From: the human T2T-CHM13v2.0 reference genome, Homo sapiens
Direction: 5' to 3' (one strand)
NCBI RefSeq assembly: GCF_009914755.1
Contig: NC_060927.1
DNA: 64,000 nucleotides
A model generated the notes under the pieces. The model was not told the origin of the DNA, did no database searches, and was given only the letters and a program-made list of their open reading frames with translations. This document shows, piece after piece, positions 14,795-28,309 of this stretch; the stretch's first letter is position 1; every line of letters begins with the position of its first letter. The translations under genes and the position numbers were made by a program.

Positions 14795-15270
14795 TCTTAG
14801 TTTTCTAGGGCTGCTGTAACAAAGTATCACAAATGATGTGATTTGAGACAACAGAAACTTGTGTCCTGGGGTGATTTAAAACACAGAAATTCATTGCCTC
14901 TCAGTTCTGGATGCCAGAAGTTCAAAATCCAGGCAGGGCCATGCTCCCTCTGAAAGTCTGGGAAGAATCCTTTCTTGTCTCTTCCTAGCTTCCAGTGGTT
15001 TGCCAGCAACCTTGGGTGTGCCTGGGCTTGTAGATGCATCACTCCAATCCTCTGCCTTCTCATGGTTTCTCCCCGTGTCTCTGTCTCTTCATTGGATGTT
15101 TCTTTTATAAGGACACCAGTCATATTGAATTACAGGTTCATTTTACCCCAGTATTACCTCATCTTACCTAATTTAATCTGCAACAACCTATTTCCAAATA
15201 AAGCCTAAGGTACTGAGGGTTAGGGCTTCAGCATATCTTTTTTTGGGGGGACATAATTCAACCTATAGCA
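14795..15270 (-). mobile_element. MaLR solo LTR (MLT1C-like)
   Basis: ttagttttctagggctgctgtaacaaag...cagttctggatgccagaagttcaaaatc...ttataaggacaccagtcatattg. Confidence 0.8.
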
Positions 15271-15395
15271 ATTACCAAAACTGATGAATGTAAAATAATC
15301 TACCACTAGGGAATTACCTACCAGCCACTCTCCCCATTTCCTTTATACATTTTCTACATTACATGTAGAAAAATAACCAAATAGAGATATGAAGA

Positions 15396-15397
<2 letters not shown>

Positions 15398-15438
<41 letters not shown>
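15398..15438 (+). repeat. (TG)n microsatellite
   Basis: About 20 GT units. Confidence 0.95.
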
Positions 15439-15440
<2 letters not shown>

Positions 15441-16132
15441 CACTTCTATAGACATGGACTAGACCTCGTCACAGATAACCCATGGAGTCATGGAGAACCA
15501 TGCAAATTGTGTTTTACATTTCCATGTTTAGGTCATTTTTTTTTTTTTTTTTACTGAGGCATGCATAGTCATTGGCAAAATTTTCCTACAGTGAGCTGTG
15601 CATTTTTGTTCATAATATCAACACTATTTTTTTATTCCCTTTCTCTCTAGTGTTATTTAATTTAGGCAAAATAAAATTGAAATCTGATGGATGGCTTTTA
15701 TTTATACAACCCATAAGATGGGTTACCAAATGCCAAAGTACTTGACAATTTGGTTTAGGGTGGATTTCAACTGCTTTCTCCTTATACTTGGGAAAATGCA
15801 TCATTTGTAGTGATTTTCACTACTCTTGACAGGTGATCTGAATAATCCAGTTGCTCTAGGTCTGAATTTCCTCAGTAACCTGATTGGTTTCCACTCAATT
15901 CTCTGGTCATTTGGCAATACTTGATCAACACTTAATGTACATCCACTGGACATCAAGCACAAGGAAACAGAGGTGAACTGTAATCTCTACACTCAAAGAT
16001 CTCTCCTTAAATAACTAAATAAAAGGCTATTTTTCTTGTCTACTTTACTTAATAGCTGGCACATTGGATTATGGTGTATCAAATATAAAAATGAGTTAAA
16101 CAGACAAAGGAGATGAATAAATATATCAGTAG

Positions 16133-16432
<300 letters not shown>

Positions 16433-17854
16433 TGACATTGTGTGCTAGGTCTGGGGTCATAAATAAAAATCTCCCCATTTCATGAAAGAATAAGATGCCC
16501 AATCTATCTCTTGAGAAAAAAAATAAAATTGAACAAATCACTTTCCTTTGCCTGTTTGAGGCATGCACTAGCAAATATACAATTCTATCTTCCAATAATG
16601 GTTATGTTTATAGTAGTGGGGCAGTCAAAGGGTCTGAGGTCAGCTGTGCCCCTCTAAGCAGCATTATTTTGTGTGAGTGACACTGACGGATCTGTCTCTA
16701 CAGTTTAGCATTAGCCATATTCCTCAGGCTTTATAAGAAATATCTGACCATTCAAACAATATTTGTTCCAGTGAGTCTGGCAGTGAACCGCTTGGCCTGT
16801 TCTTTCAGTGACCTCATTTGTAAAGAAAGACGAAAGATAGAATGGGAAGCTTGTAATCTTCTTTCATGCTTACCATTGAATGATCAACACTAGTGCTTTG
16901 TAAAAAGGGGCTGTCAGTATTTCTGGTATAATATTCTTAAATGTGTGGGATTGTCCTTTGAATTTCAAAATGTTTATCATATCCAGTCTTACCATGAAAT
17001 CCCAGTAGCACACTCTCTCTAGTCATTGTGAAAATTGAAACATCTCTTCAAACATTTCCACCCTGAATTAGAAATACTAGTTTGTAGCATTCATTTGTTT
17101 ACTAATGCATTGAACACCAAAAATAGAGTTAAATAAGGAATTGACTCTCCAGTGAATTAAAATTAATAGAAGTGAATATATTGTGATTTGACAGGAGTAT
17201 TAGTTAAATAGTTATACTGAAATTCACTTAGTACTATTTTTTATTTTGCTTATTTAAATATAATCTTATTGGTAAATTTGCAAATATAAAAAGGAAGTGC
17301 AATAAACATAACCACTTAGCCCAGGGAAGGAGATATTGACTTTTACTCTTCACAAATTATTATTTTGTATTAAGGAGAAAGGATTGATTATTCCAAGGCC
17401 AGGGTTTCTGAGACTCAGTGGGAGATGGAAGACAGAGAAAATAGATTTCTTTGAATCTTGTTCTTTATCTTTTCCCAGAGGGCAGTTAGAATATTGTGCC
17501 CGTGACCATTTCCAAGCCTGCAGCTTGAGTATTGTTGACTCTTTTTATTAAAAACGTTTATTCAACTCTCTGAGTTGTGTGCAGAGAGGTTATGAAGTGG
17601 ACCTAAGGGAGAGTGATGCAGGTTGATTATTACAAGTCCCTGTTCTGTGTGGAAGGAAAGAGCCTATGTGGAGATGAGCAGCATTTCCCTGTCTCCCACC
17701 ATGCCCTGAAGCCTTTCCTTCCCTTTCTTGTCTGGATGTGTCACCTTGCCCTGCTGCCTAGAAAATGATTCAGGAGAAAAGCCAGGAAAAGTGTGCAATG
17801 TGTGTGCTGTTTACCTTTTTAAAAAGCTGAATAAGTCCGCTATAAAAATTGCTA

Positions 17855-18147
17855 GGCTGGGCACAGTGGCTAACTCCTGTAATCCCAGCACTTTGTGGGG
17901 CCAAGGTGGGCAGATCACCTGAGGTCAGGAGTTCGAGACCAGCCTGGCCAACACGGTGAAACCCCACCTCTGCTAAAAATACAAAAATTAGCTGGGCATG
18001 GTGGCGTGTGCCTCTAATCCCAGCTACTTGGGAGGCTGAGGCAGGAGAATCATTTGAACTTAAGAGGCGGAGGTTGCAGTGAGCCGAGATTACACAACTG
18101 TACTCCAGCCTGGGTGACAGAGTGAGACTTTGTCTCACACACACACA
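17855..18147 (+). mobile_element. Alu (AluSx/Sz-like), TSD aaaaattgcta
   Basis: Full dimer; the TSD at 17844-17854 is repeated after a short (AC)n tail. Confidence 0.93.
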
Positions 18148-19470
18148 AAAAATTGCTATATACATGTATGTATGTATTTTATTTTCATAGACAGAATTGG
18201 TTGGTTTAGCTATCAAATAAAGCAAGTAGTGGGAGGAGGGGAAGATTTGCTTATCTTTCATTTTTGCCTTAGGTGCTACCAGCTTTGGCAACTGCTCTAA
18301 GATCATTCCTTCATGGGAAAAAAATTAAGTTGGCTACTAAGTCTCTGGATTGGAATAATGATGTTTTCATTCATAAAGATTCTTGTCCCATTTATCAATT
18401 AACTAGATAATTGCCACAGCTTTGCCCATGTGCTGTTAGGTTCATGCATAAAGTTTACTCTATTGTTGAAAATTATCACAGGTCTTAGTAATATAGTAGT
18501 ATCTGCTCAAATATTTATTGAGTGCTCTCTTGTATTTGACAAGGTCGAAGAAGCTAGAAGAACTCTCTGGTATTATGAAGGTCAAAAAATTATTGATTAT
18601 TCCTAAAGTGGTGGATCTTAAATTTTAGTAAGACTGGAGAATTCAAGGAAAGCTAAGCAGACCCTAGAAAATACACATGGACAACATTTTTACATAACTT
18701 CTGAAAGTTCTTGAACCCCCAAAACCCATCTATAAGCTATTGTCCTAGAAGTAGATAAGTATCTTTATGAACTAGAGAGGAAGACCCTGAGAAGATTAAT
18801 CCTCAGAAAATTTATGATCTTCATTCATTTGTTTGAAAATCCTTTCTGGGGCCCAAAATGCTGATCGCTGTGCTATGCTGAGTTTGCAAAGGTGGACAAG
18901 ATGGTCCCTGCCCACAAAGGGTGTTGATGATGGCTGAGGGAACTGCCCAGCGAGCAGGCTGCTCTTCCTCTGCCTACTAATATGATGGAGATAAACATTG
19001 CATATGGGGAGTCAGGGGAATTTCTTAGGGAAGGTGAGATCCTGGGGAGGAGTAGGATACATCATGGGAAAGTGGGGAGAGTGACAGCATTATCATCAAG
19101 AGTTGGAGCCTGGAGATATGAAGCTAAAGGGAAAAGGATCATATTAACAGGGTTTTTTTCAGCCATGCCAGAGAATTTTGGCTTCATCCATGAGTGTTTT
19201 CAAATTACTTATTGTAACCCTTCGAACCTATAATCTCCTTTCTTTTTTATAAAGTATGAGTAAAGTGTCTTTGGTAAATATGAAGTTTCATTTACTTACA
19301 TGTCACTTATAAATTGCATTTCTCACTTATAAACTTGATATTTCAAAACCTTCTCATTTTATAGTTGAACTAGACTCTAGAATAGATTTTGCTTAATGTT
19401 TTATTTTGCATATGAAGTGCCTAGATGTATATATAGCCATTTAATCATTAAACTGCATCTAACATTCTAA

Positions 19471-19656
<186 letters not shown>

Positions 19657-19826
19657 TAAGTTTGCATTTTATTCCTGCTTTCTCATATTGCATTTTTGCT
19701 TCAGGCATTTCGTATCTTTCAGGGACTTAGAAAGATAGCAGGATTTATTAAAAATAGTTAAATTCAAACAATGTAATGGGAAACATATTATGTCTAATAT
19801 ATTTACCTCTATCTGTTTATCTATTA

Positions 19827-19882
<56 letters not shown>
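19827..19882 (+). repeat. (TATC)14 tetranucleotide STR
   Basis: 14 perfect TATC units, ~170 bp downstream of coding exon 3. Confidence 0.95.
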
Positions 19883-19883
<1 letters not shown>

Positions 19884-21058
19884 CTAATTGTTATGATCCA
19901 TAACAGACCCAAACCAGTTTTTCCCCCAAATCAAGCTGACTCAAACTAGCCAGTTGTCTGCCTTGGGTTCTCTTCACTCCCTTTGCCCAAGAGCCTTGGG
20001 TGTTTCATGGCCCTGGAGGCCCTGTGGCGTCTCCAGTGTGTACGACATTTGGTAACTACATTGCTGAATTTTGCTTGGCTTCCCTCTTGGCCATATGCTT
20101 TCACTGCTGGGCTGTGCTACCCCAGATTCTGGGATCTCCATTCCTCTGTTGAGCTGTCACCTGGAAGGGTGCTCATGATTCTCCCAGAAACATGGCATGG
20201 CCTTTAGGCAAGGAGCTCCAAATACGGACTGAGGGTGTAGCCTTCTGTTTATATTCACGTATGCATTATTTCCAAAGCACGTACTCCAGGAGAGGGCTAT
20301 GCCCACATTAAAATATAATCACCTGGATTTGTTGAATATTTTTGACAAAATGGGATGATTAAGCGAACGCTTTCTCCAATTTTAGGATTTGCTATTATTA
20401 AGTCTTAGTTATTGCTTAATCTTAGTTATGAGGAAATGTGGAGGCCACATTCTACTTCATTGAAAAAATATTCATAGCTGGTTTTAATAGCACAGTAATG
20501 ATAAGCACCTTGGTCAGAAGCAAGACTTTGACATGGAAAATGAGAAAGGAAAGGCCTCGAGTCAAAACAATATGGGTGTACAGGGAAGCATCTCTCACTC
20601 TGCCCCCAGTCCACACACTGAACACATTCTTGAGTTTCAATTCCATGGAAATTCATTGATTATTCAATTTATCATTTACCTACTATTTACCATCCAATGT
20701 TCTAGCAATGAACAAAGTAAACCAGATTCCCTGATCTCATGAAACTTCTATTCTAATGGAATTGATGAAAGTGTATTTGCATTAGATTCAAGCCCTTATC
20801 TGCCAAAAGCCTGTTAAAAGTAATGCAAAACAAACAAAAAAGATTGCTTTAAAAATAAAATGATCATAAAGAATAGCTTGTCTTTACTTGTTCCCTCTTG
20901 CTTTTTTAGTATTTTATCTGTTCAGAGATTTAAACAGTATAGCAACTCCAGGTATAATTAACAGTATGTCAGAATTATTCAGGAGTTTTAGTGCTTTAAG
21001 TCTAACATCTAGGTATCACTTTTACTCTAAAATCTCATCAGTGCTTTCCTTTTTCTAA

Positions 21059-21148
<90 letters not shown>

Positions 21149-22096
21149 TGATGGGTGAAGGATGTTATTTTCTCTTTCACTGTTGTGAGGAGTCATTTAT
21201 GTGAATGGCTTTTATATAAAAATCTACTGAAAGCCACATTAACCCTGTTATGCCTTGGTAACATTTATCTATTTTTGCTACCATTTTCATATATCTTAGT
21301 GATAAAGGTATAATAATATCTCCATTAAATTTTCTAAAAGTTGATATAAGATTTAAATTTTATATCGTAAGTGTGATTTTAAATAATTACTTCAAATGTC
21401 TACCTACATTTACATGTATTTATTTGTTTATTTAGGTAGGGGTGTGTGAGTAGCTACAGTTAGCTTCAAGATTTAGGAAATATATATTTTTTTTATGTGT
21501 GATACAAAGATTTTAACAGTACAAATGGTGTTTCCCTTGGAGGCATCCTTGGTGATGAATGTGTTAATATTTTCAATATGGGTTTTGGCTGATGACAATT
21601 CTGTCACATCTGAAATAATTTGGATTGACTACATAGCATTATCTAAATTTTTGTCATGTAAATATCGACATTGGCAGCAAAACGTGAAAAATACATGGAT
21701 TTCTATTTATACCTCTGACATTAATCCCCCAAATGATATTTTGATGTTGATTAAAAATTTTTATTCATACATTTTAAATGCCTGATTTAAATATCAATTT
21801 TTCAATCTATCAACCAACATTTCTGTAAATTATGAATCGGATTTTTGCATTATTATTCATGTCATCATGGCACTGAGTTATAATTCATGCAACTGATTTA
21901 AAAGTCAGTGCTTTATACTTTGAATATAATGAGCTATAAATATTGTAGTAGGACATTTTCCAAAGGCATTTAAAAAAATCATGTTTATAAGTTTGTAGTC
22001 TGACACCACAGAGTTCTAAACAACAAATTAAAATGTGTTAGAATCAAGATTGCCTTTCTGTCGTTTCTAAACTTTCTTCTGCAAAGAGAAGCTGTC

Positions 22097-22519
<423 letters not shown>

Positions 22520-22969
22520 TTAAACTGGAAAATTCCCGTCTGTTAATTTATATGCATAAGCTGTCTGAGCTTGAGTTGAGATTACTAGTTGGATTTAATA
22601 TTATTTGTTCTAATTGAGTGAGACAAAGATGAGAATTCCTGATTCTAAAAAACTGAAAAATATGATCCATATGACATGTAATGATACTATTATTTTCTGT
22701 GAAATTAAACTATTCTCTCACTGAAATAGCAGAAAATCAAAATTTTGAAGTGTGGATTTCAGGAAGGCTTTGTTATTAAGGTCTTTCTTTTATCATTAAG
22801 AGATGGTACTGTAGTTCTGTTGCTAACAAGGTATAATCCTTAAAAGAATCTCTGAAATTGTAATGCTTAAAAAAGCCTATAATTAGATGATAACCTTAAT
22901 ATTTTAATTATACGATAACCAATTTTTTGATATTAGACTACAAGTGAAATAGATGGTGCCAAAATACTT

Positions 22970-23280
22970 CTCTTTTTAAATCAGTTATAGAGCAGTTTTA
23001 GTTTGGCAGAAAAGTTGATTAGAAAGTACAGAGTTCCCACATATACCCCCTCCCCTTGCACATATTTTTTTCTATTATTTACATCTTGTGTTAGTGTGAA
23101 ACATTTGTTACAATTAATAAACCAATATTGATACATTATTAACCAAAGTCCATAGTTGACATTTCTTTTATGTTTAGGTTACTCTTCCTCTTGTACATTC
23201 TATGGGTTTTGACAAATATAAAGTGGCATTTGCTCATCATTGCTGTATAATACAGAAGAGTTTCAATGCCTCAAACTAAA
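22970..23280 (-). mobile_element. Old L1M (L1MC/MD-like) 3' fragment
   Basis: tagagcagttttagtttggcagaaaagttgattagaaagtacagagttcccacatatacc. Confidence 0.65.
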
Positions 23281-24868
23281 AATTTTTTAACACAGTGTCA
23301 TCATAGTATTTTGCCATTTTACAGGATTTTTAAAAATTAGTAATTTACCCTAGAAAAAATTTTGATATACTTTCATTAGTTGATCCAAAATCATACTTAT
23401 TATTTTTGAAATATTAACATGTAGCTAGCCAGATGTAATTTTATTGTAGCATTCCAAATAAAATATTATAATCTTTTGAAGCCATTAATTCCTATTTCAC
23501 ATGGAATGTTTTTTATTTCTAACCCTTGAGGATAATGAAATTTTATATTACATCCCAACTACTTTCATTTTCTGATTTGTTATTTGGAGAGGAAAAGTTG
23601 CACTCAGTTCGATGTAGCACAATAGTTTATTTTTATGTGCTCTGGGATTCAGTAAGTATACTGAGGGGAAATTATATTTAGAAAACCAATGACTTCTATC
23701 AGCTATGTGATTTTCATATATGCAGATTACCAGTTGAACTGTGGCTTTATTTTGTGCAATATAAATATGTCAGTTTTGTTCATTGTGGAAATGGAAAGTA
23801 AGGATGCCTTTGTGTATTGGAATTCTACCTAAATGTTAGATTCTTCTGAGAGTGTGGAGAGTCAGCAAATATTAAATAAGGTTATTATAATTATGAACAT
23901 TTTTTAAATGTTGGAGAAAAATTAAAATGGATATAATTGATTTTAGGGACAATATATTACTAATGAGTAAAAGCCACCATACAAATTAAAGTCAGAAAAT
24001 TACCTCTTAGAAGCAATTCCAGTAGGAAAAAATTGATGATTCATAATTAAATCACAGGTGGATCATATGTCATTTGCAAAATGACTCAGCAATATAATGT
24101 TGTAAAGAAAGTAAGCATTCTTCTGCACAATAATGATGCAAATATAAGATGAAAGGGCTGTATAGTTAATGAAGTGTAGATTATTTGGAGAAGTTGGAAA
24201 AGAGAGCCTGAAAGATAATCACATAAAAATACTACCTATCAGACATGGTTAGAGGAGCTAATCATTTATCACCAAAATATAGAAAACAAAAGACTGAAGA
24301 GTATCAGTTTTTAAGTATATCTCTTATATATTTGGCTTTATTTGGCAATAAAATGTTTCGTATTAACTTTTTTTCCAAAAATGAAGCATCCCAACTATTA
24401 CTGTCTTAAATTATAAAATTCAAAATATTTTGCTTTCTTCCAAGCCTTCTAAAGATATTATGGTTGATATGTTGTCTTTCCCAATGATTTTAAGATTTTA
24501 TAATGAACATTAAAACTTTTCTGCCAAACAGCAATGTCTTCAGAATTACTAAGTTTAGGGAAACAATTGGCCTCTGTTAAATGATGTGACTGCTTAAATT
24601 TGGAGGGTTTTTTTGGTTTGTTTTTTGCACTCTATTTTTTCTGGTTTTCTTCATTATCAAATTATACCTGCTACTTCTTAATTTCTAATCCGATGCTTTA
24701 ATCTACTGTGGATTTGAGAATGATACAAATAAGCTCTCTAGAACTGGTCCAAAATAAGGGTAGAAAAGTAAAAATGAAGTCCTGAGATACCCTTCTATAA
24801 GTGACCTCTAAAGAATTTGTGCAGGAACCATATGGCATGTATTTTAGCAGCTTGGAGTCTGTGTTTGT

Positions 24869-25056
24869 CTCAAAAGCTGAATCTTGCCCTATAAAAAATG
24901 TAATGAGTAAATGTCTCATTTTGGTTTTCTGTGTATTATTATTTAAAGCTTGCATCTTGAAGATATTGATACATTCTAGAAATTTGGTTCTCCTGTAGTT
25001 TCTTCTATTCTCCCTAGAAGAAAATTTCTATTCTTCTGTGACTTTAAAATGGTCTT
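24869..25056 (+). repeat. Diverged direct repeat, copy 1 (~190 bp)
   Basis: Aligns by eye, colinearly, with 26180-26379. Confidence 0.8.
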
Positions 25057-25572
25057 ACTTTGGTTTTCAATTAAACTTTAACAATTTCAATTTGCCAGGT
25101 AAGTGATTTTTGGTAAATAAAATATTATCAGAAGTATAAGAACTACAGTGCCTACAGTAAAGGGCTTAAATTTAAACAGATATAATTTAAATAAACTCAA
25201 TATTAGTCTCTAATATAATCAAATAAATGGAACATTAATTTAAGTAAACTAAATATTGACCATTGAATATTAACCAAACTGAATATTAACTAGTGACCAC
25301 TGAATATAATTTAGATACAGTGAACATTAGCCACCATATATGGTAAACTATGGAAACAAAAAGATTCACACATGGAATCAATTTGTTACATGGATATGGC
25401 TTAATAACAGTTCTGCCAAGAAACCAGAGGGTCACGTAAATCCTTTTTGGATTGATTCTGTAGGTTTATGTTGATTTACTTTCTTTTTTCTCTCTCTAAT
25501 ATTGTTGTTTTAAGTAGTAAGTGTGCTGTTGTTGGGGAGGTAATAATAGATTTTTTATTGTTTCATCATTAG

Positions 25573-25671
<99 letters not shown>

Positions 25672-26179
25672 TAATTTCAAACTCTTGTCTTTTTTAGGTT
25701 AAAACTCTTTGACTGCCTAAATCCTCATGAGTCATAAAGTTGGGCCATTCATTTTTAAATTCAGTTTGAAAATATTATCATTGCCACACCATTTAGGCAT
25801 GCTACTAAAAAGAAATAACAGATTACAAAGTTTAAGAGGTTACACTCATGTTCTGTCATTAATTGGAGAATAACAAGTCTTCCCATAAAGAAGGGGGGTG
25901 GTTCTTGGAACGGGGCATGGGAAGATCTGGGATGCCGAAATGTTGTATCTCTTCATCAGAAAGATGATTAACCAAATGTAGTCATTCTGTGAACACTTGA
26001 TTTGCTTGCTTTTCCATATGTATGTTACTCTTCAATATGAATTTATTAAAGAATGAAAGGACTCTGCATAAGAGTGTGTCAAAATTACATAAAATGATCT
26101 CCAGAAACATCTCTATAAAAAAACTATTAAATTTCAGATGATACTTAAGAAAATTCAGAGCAATCAAACTAAAATGGAG

Positions 26180-26379
26180 CTCAAAAGCTGAAGCTCTAAC
26201 CGTGCCCTATAAAAAAATGTAATGTGAAAATGGCCTGTTTTGGGTTGCTTATGTATTACTATTTAAACTTTGCATCCTGAAGAGATTGGTATACTCTATA
26301 AATTTAGTTCTTCTTTACCTTCTCCCTTCCTGTCCTGAAGAATATTTCTATTCTTGTATGAGTCTTTAAAATTGTCCTT
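26180..26379 (+). repeat. Diverged direct repeat, copy 2 (~200 bp)
   Basis: Aligns by eye, colinearly, with 24869-25056. Confidence 0.8.
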
Positions 26380-26869
26380 TAATAATGCAGGAGTTTTTTC
26401 CATTTCATTGGCATTCGCTTCCCATGGATTAGTATTTTTTTTATAACATCGGAGTTGGAATGGACTAATGTATAAATGTGAGCAAAATCTAACCTTGTGG
26501 AGGAAGGCTGTGGATATGTATGTGCCTCATGGCTTTCTTCACCCTAACACAGTGTCTATTGTGGACTCCACAATCGCCAAACCACTGATTCTGATATACA
26601 ATTTATGCTCTAAACTCCTTTGTTGTATTTGGTATTATAACATTCTCTGATTCTGTTAGAGACAGTAATATCTAGAAACAAAAAGCTATTGTTTATAGTG
26701 AACATATAAGCATCTATGTAGCTCATTTTAAAGTTTACTTCTCAGACTTTGACCATTCAGTTGTCTTGTACACAATTATTTTATGGCATTAGACTTGACT
26801 CCCCTTAATGTGAAATTGACAATTTGGTGCAGATTTTTAAACACTTTGAGTTCAGGAGAAAGTTCTTAC

Positions 26870-26970
26870 TTTTTAAAAACTTGTATGGGTACATAGTAGG
26901 TGTATATATTTATGGGGTACTTGAGATGTTTTGATACAGGCATGCATGTGAAATAAGCAGGATGGAATAA
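26870..26970 (-). mobile_element. Short L1MA-type 3' end fragment
   Basis: gggtacatagtaggtgtatatatttatggggtacttgagatgttttgatacaggcatgca. Confidence 0.75.
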
Positions 26971-27050
26971 GAGAAAGTTTTAATGAACAATAAACTTCCG
27001 CAAATAACAAGTAATAAACAATTATATTCCATGAGATAAGAAGTTTGTCA

Positions 27051-27545
<495 letters not shown>

Positions 27546-28309
27546 TAAGACTTAGCTGTCTAAGTATTATATTGATACCAATGACCCAGTTGTAGATAAT
27601 TGAAATGGAATATCTAAGTCAGATAAATTATAAAGCACTATTATAGCTTTTGAATTTCAAGTTTTACATTTTGAACTTTGAGTCCTTATAAAGCTGAAAG
27701 TATAAAATTTGAGAGCAGTTATCAACACAAAATGCTGATAAGGCTATTGTTGAATCAGAGTTCTAAGTAAGTTATGTCCACCAAAGATGTTTTATTCATG
27801 TTTAGGAATATGGGAATATTTCACTGTCTTAGGAAACGCATAGTTAGGATATTATTCGCAGGAAAAGAAATGCAATAGAGGTTACTATTTATCTGCAACT
27901 AGACTGTCTCATATGTCAAAAGGAGAGTAAAATTAAAGTAATGGTCTGGATAATTTAGACCCCAAAATACTTTTGTTCATTTATCAGTATTTAGTATAAA
28001 ACTATAATATAACCTACCACTCCTTTTCTTATTAGAGCCAATAACTTCATCCTCCTTCCCCAATAGACAGTGATATAGAGTGAATGTAATATATATCTGG
28101 GAAAAAAGGACATTGATCATAAAACCATTCAATCATCTCAGTTCCTTTTCAGCATTTTTTATCTGACAGCTGAACAGACTTGAGAGTCAAGCAATGTCTT
28201 CTAATCATGCTTATAAATTGCAATTGGCTCAGCTCACTGCAGCTAATTGACACATGATGGAAGTAATATAATGGGAAACCAAAAGAATACACTTTATTGG
28301 CTAATCAAG

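Noticed and set aside
17770-18306. 178-aa minus-strand ORF and similar ORFs at 10329, 22157, 27141, 34062, 35465, 52726
   Set aside because: Typical antisense-Alu translations (LECSG..., SASQVAG...), not genes.
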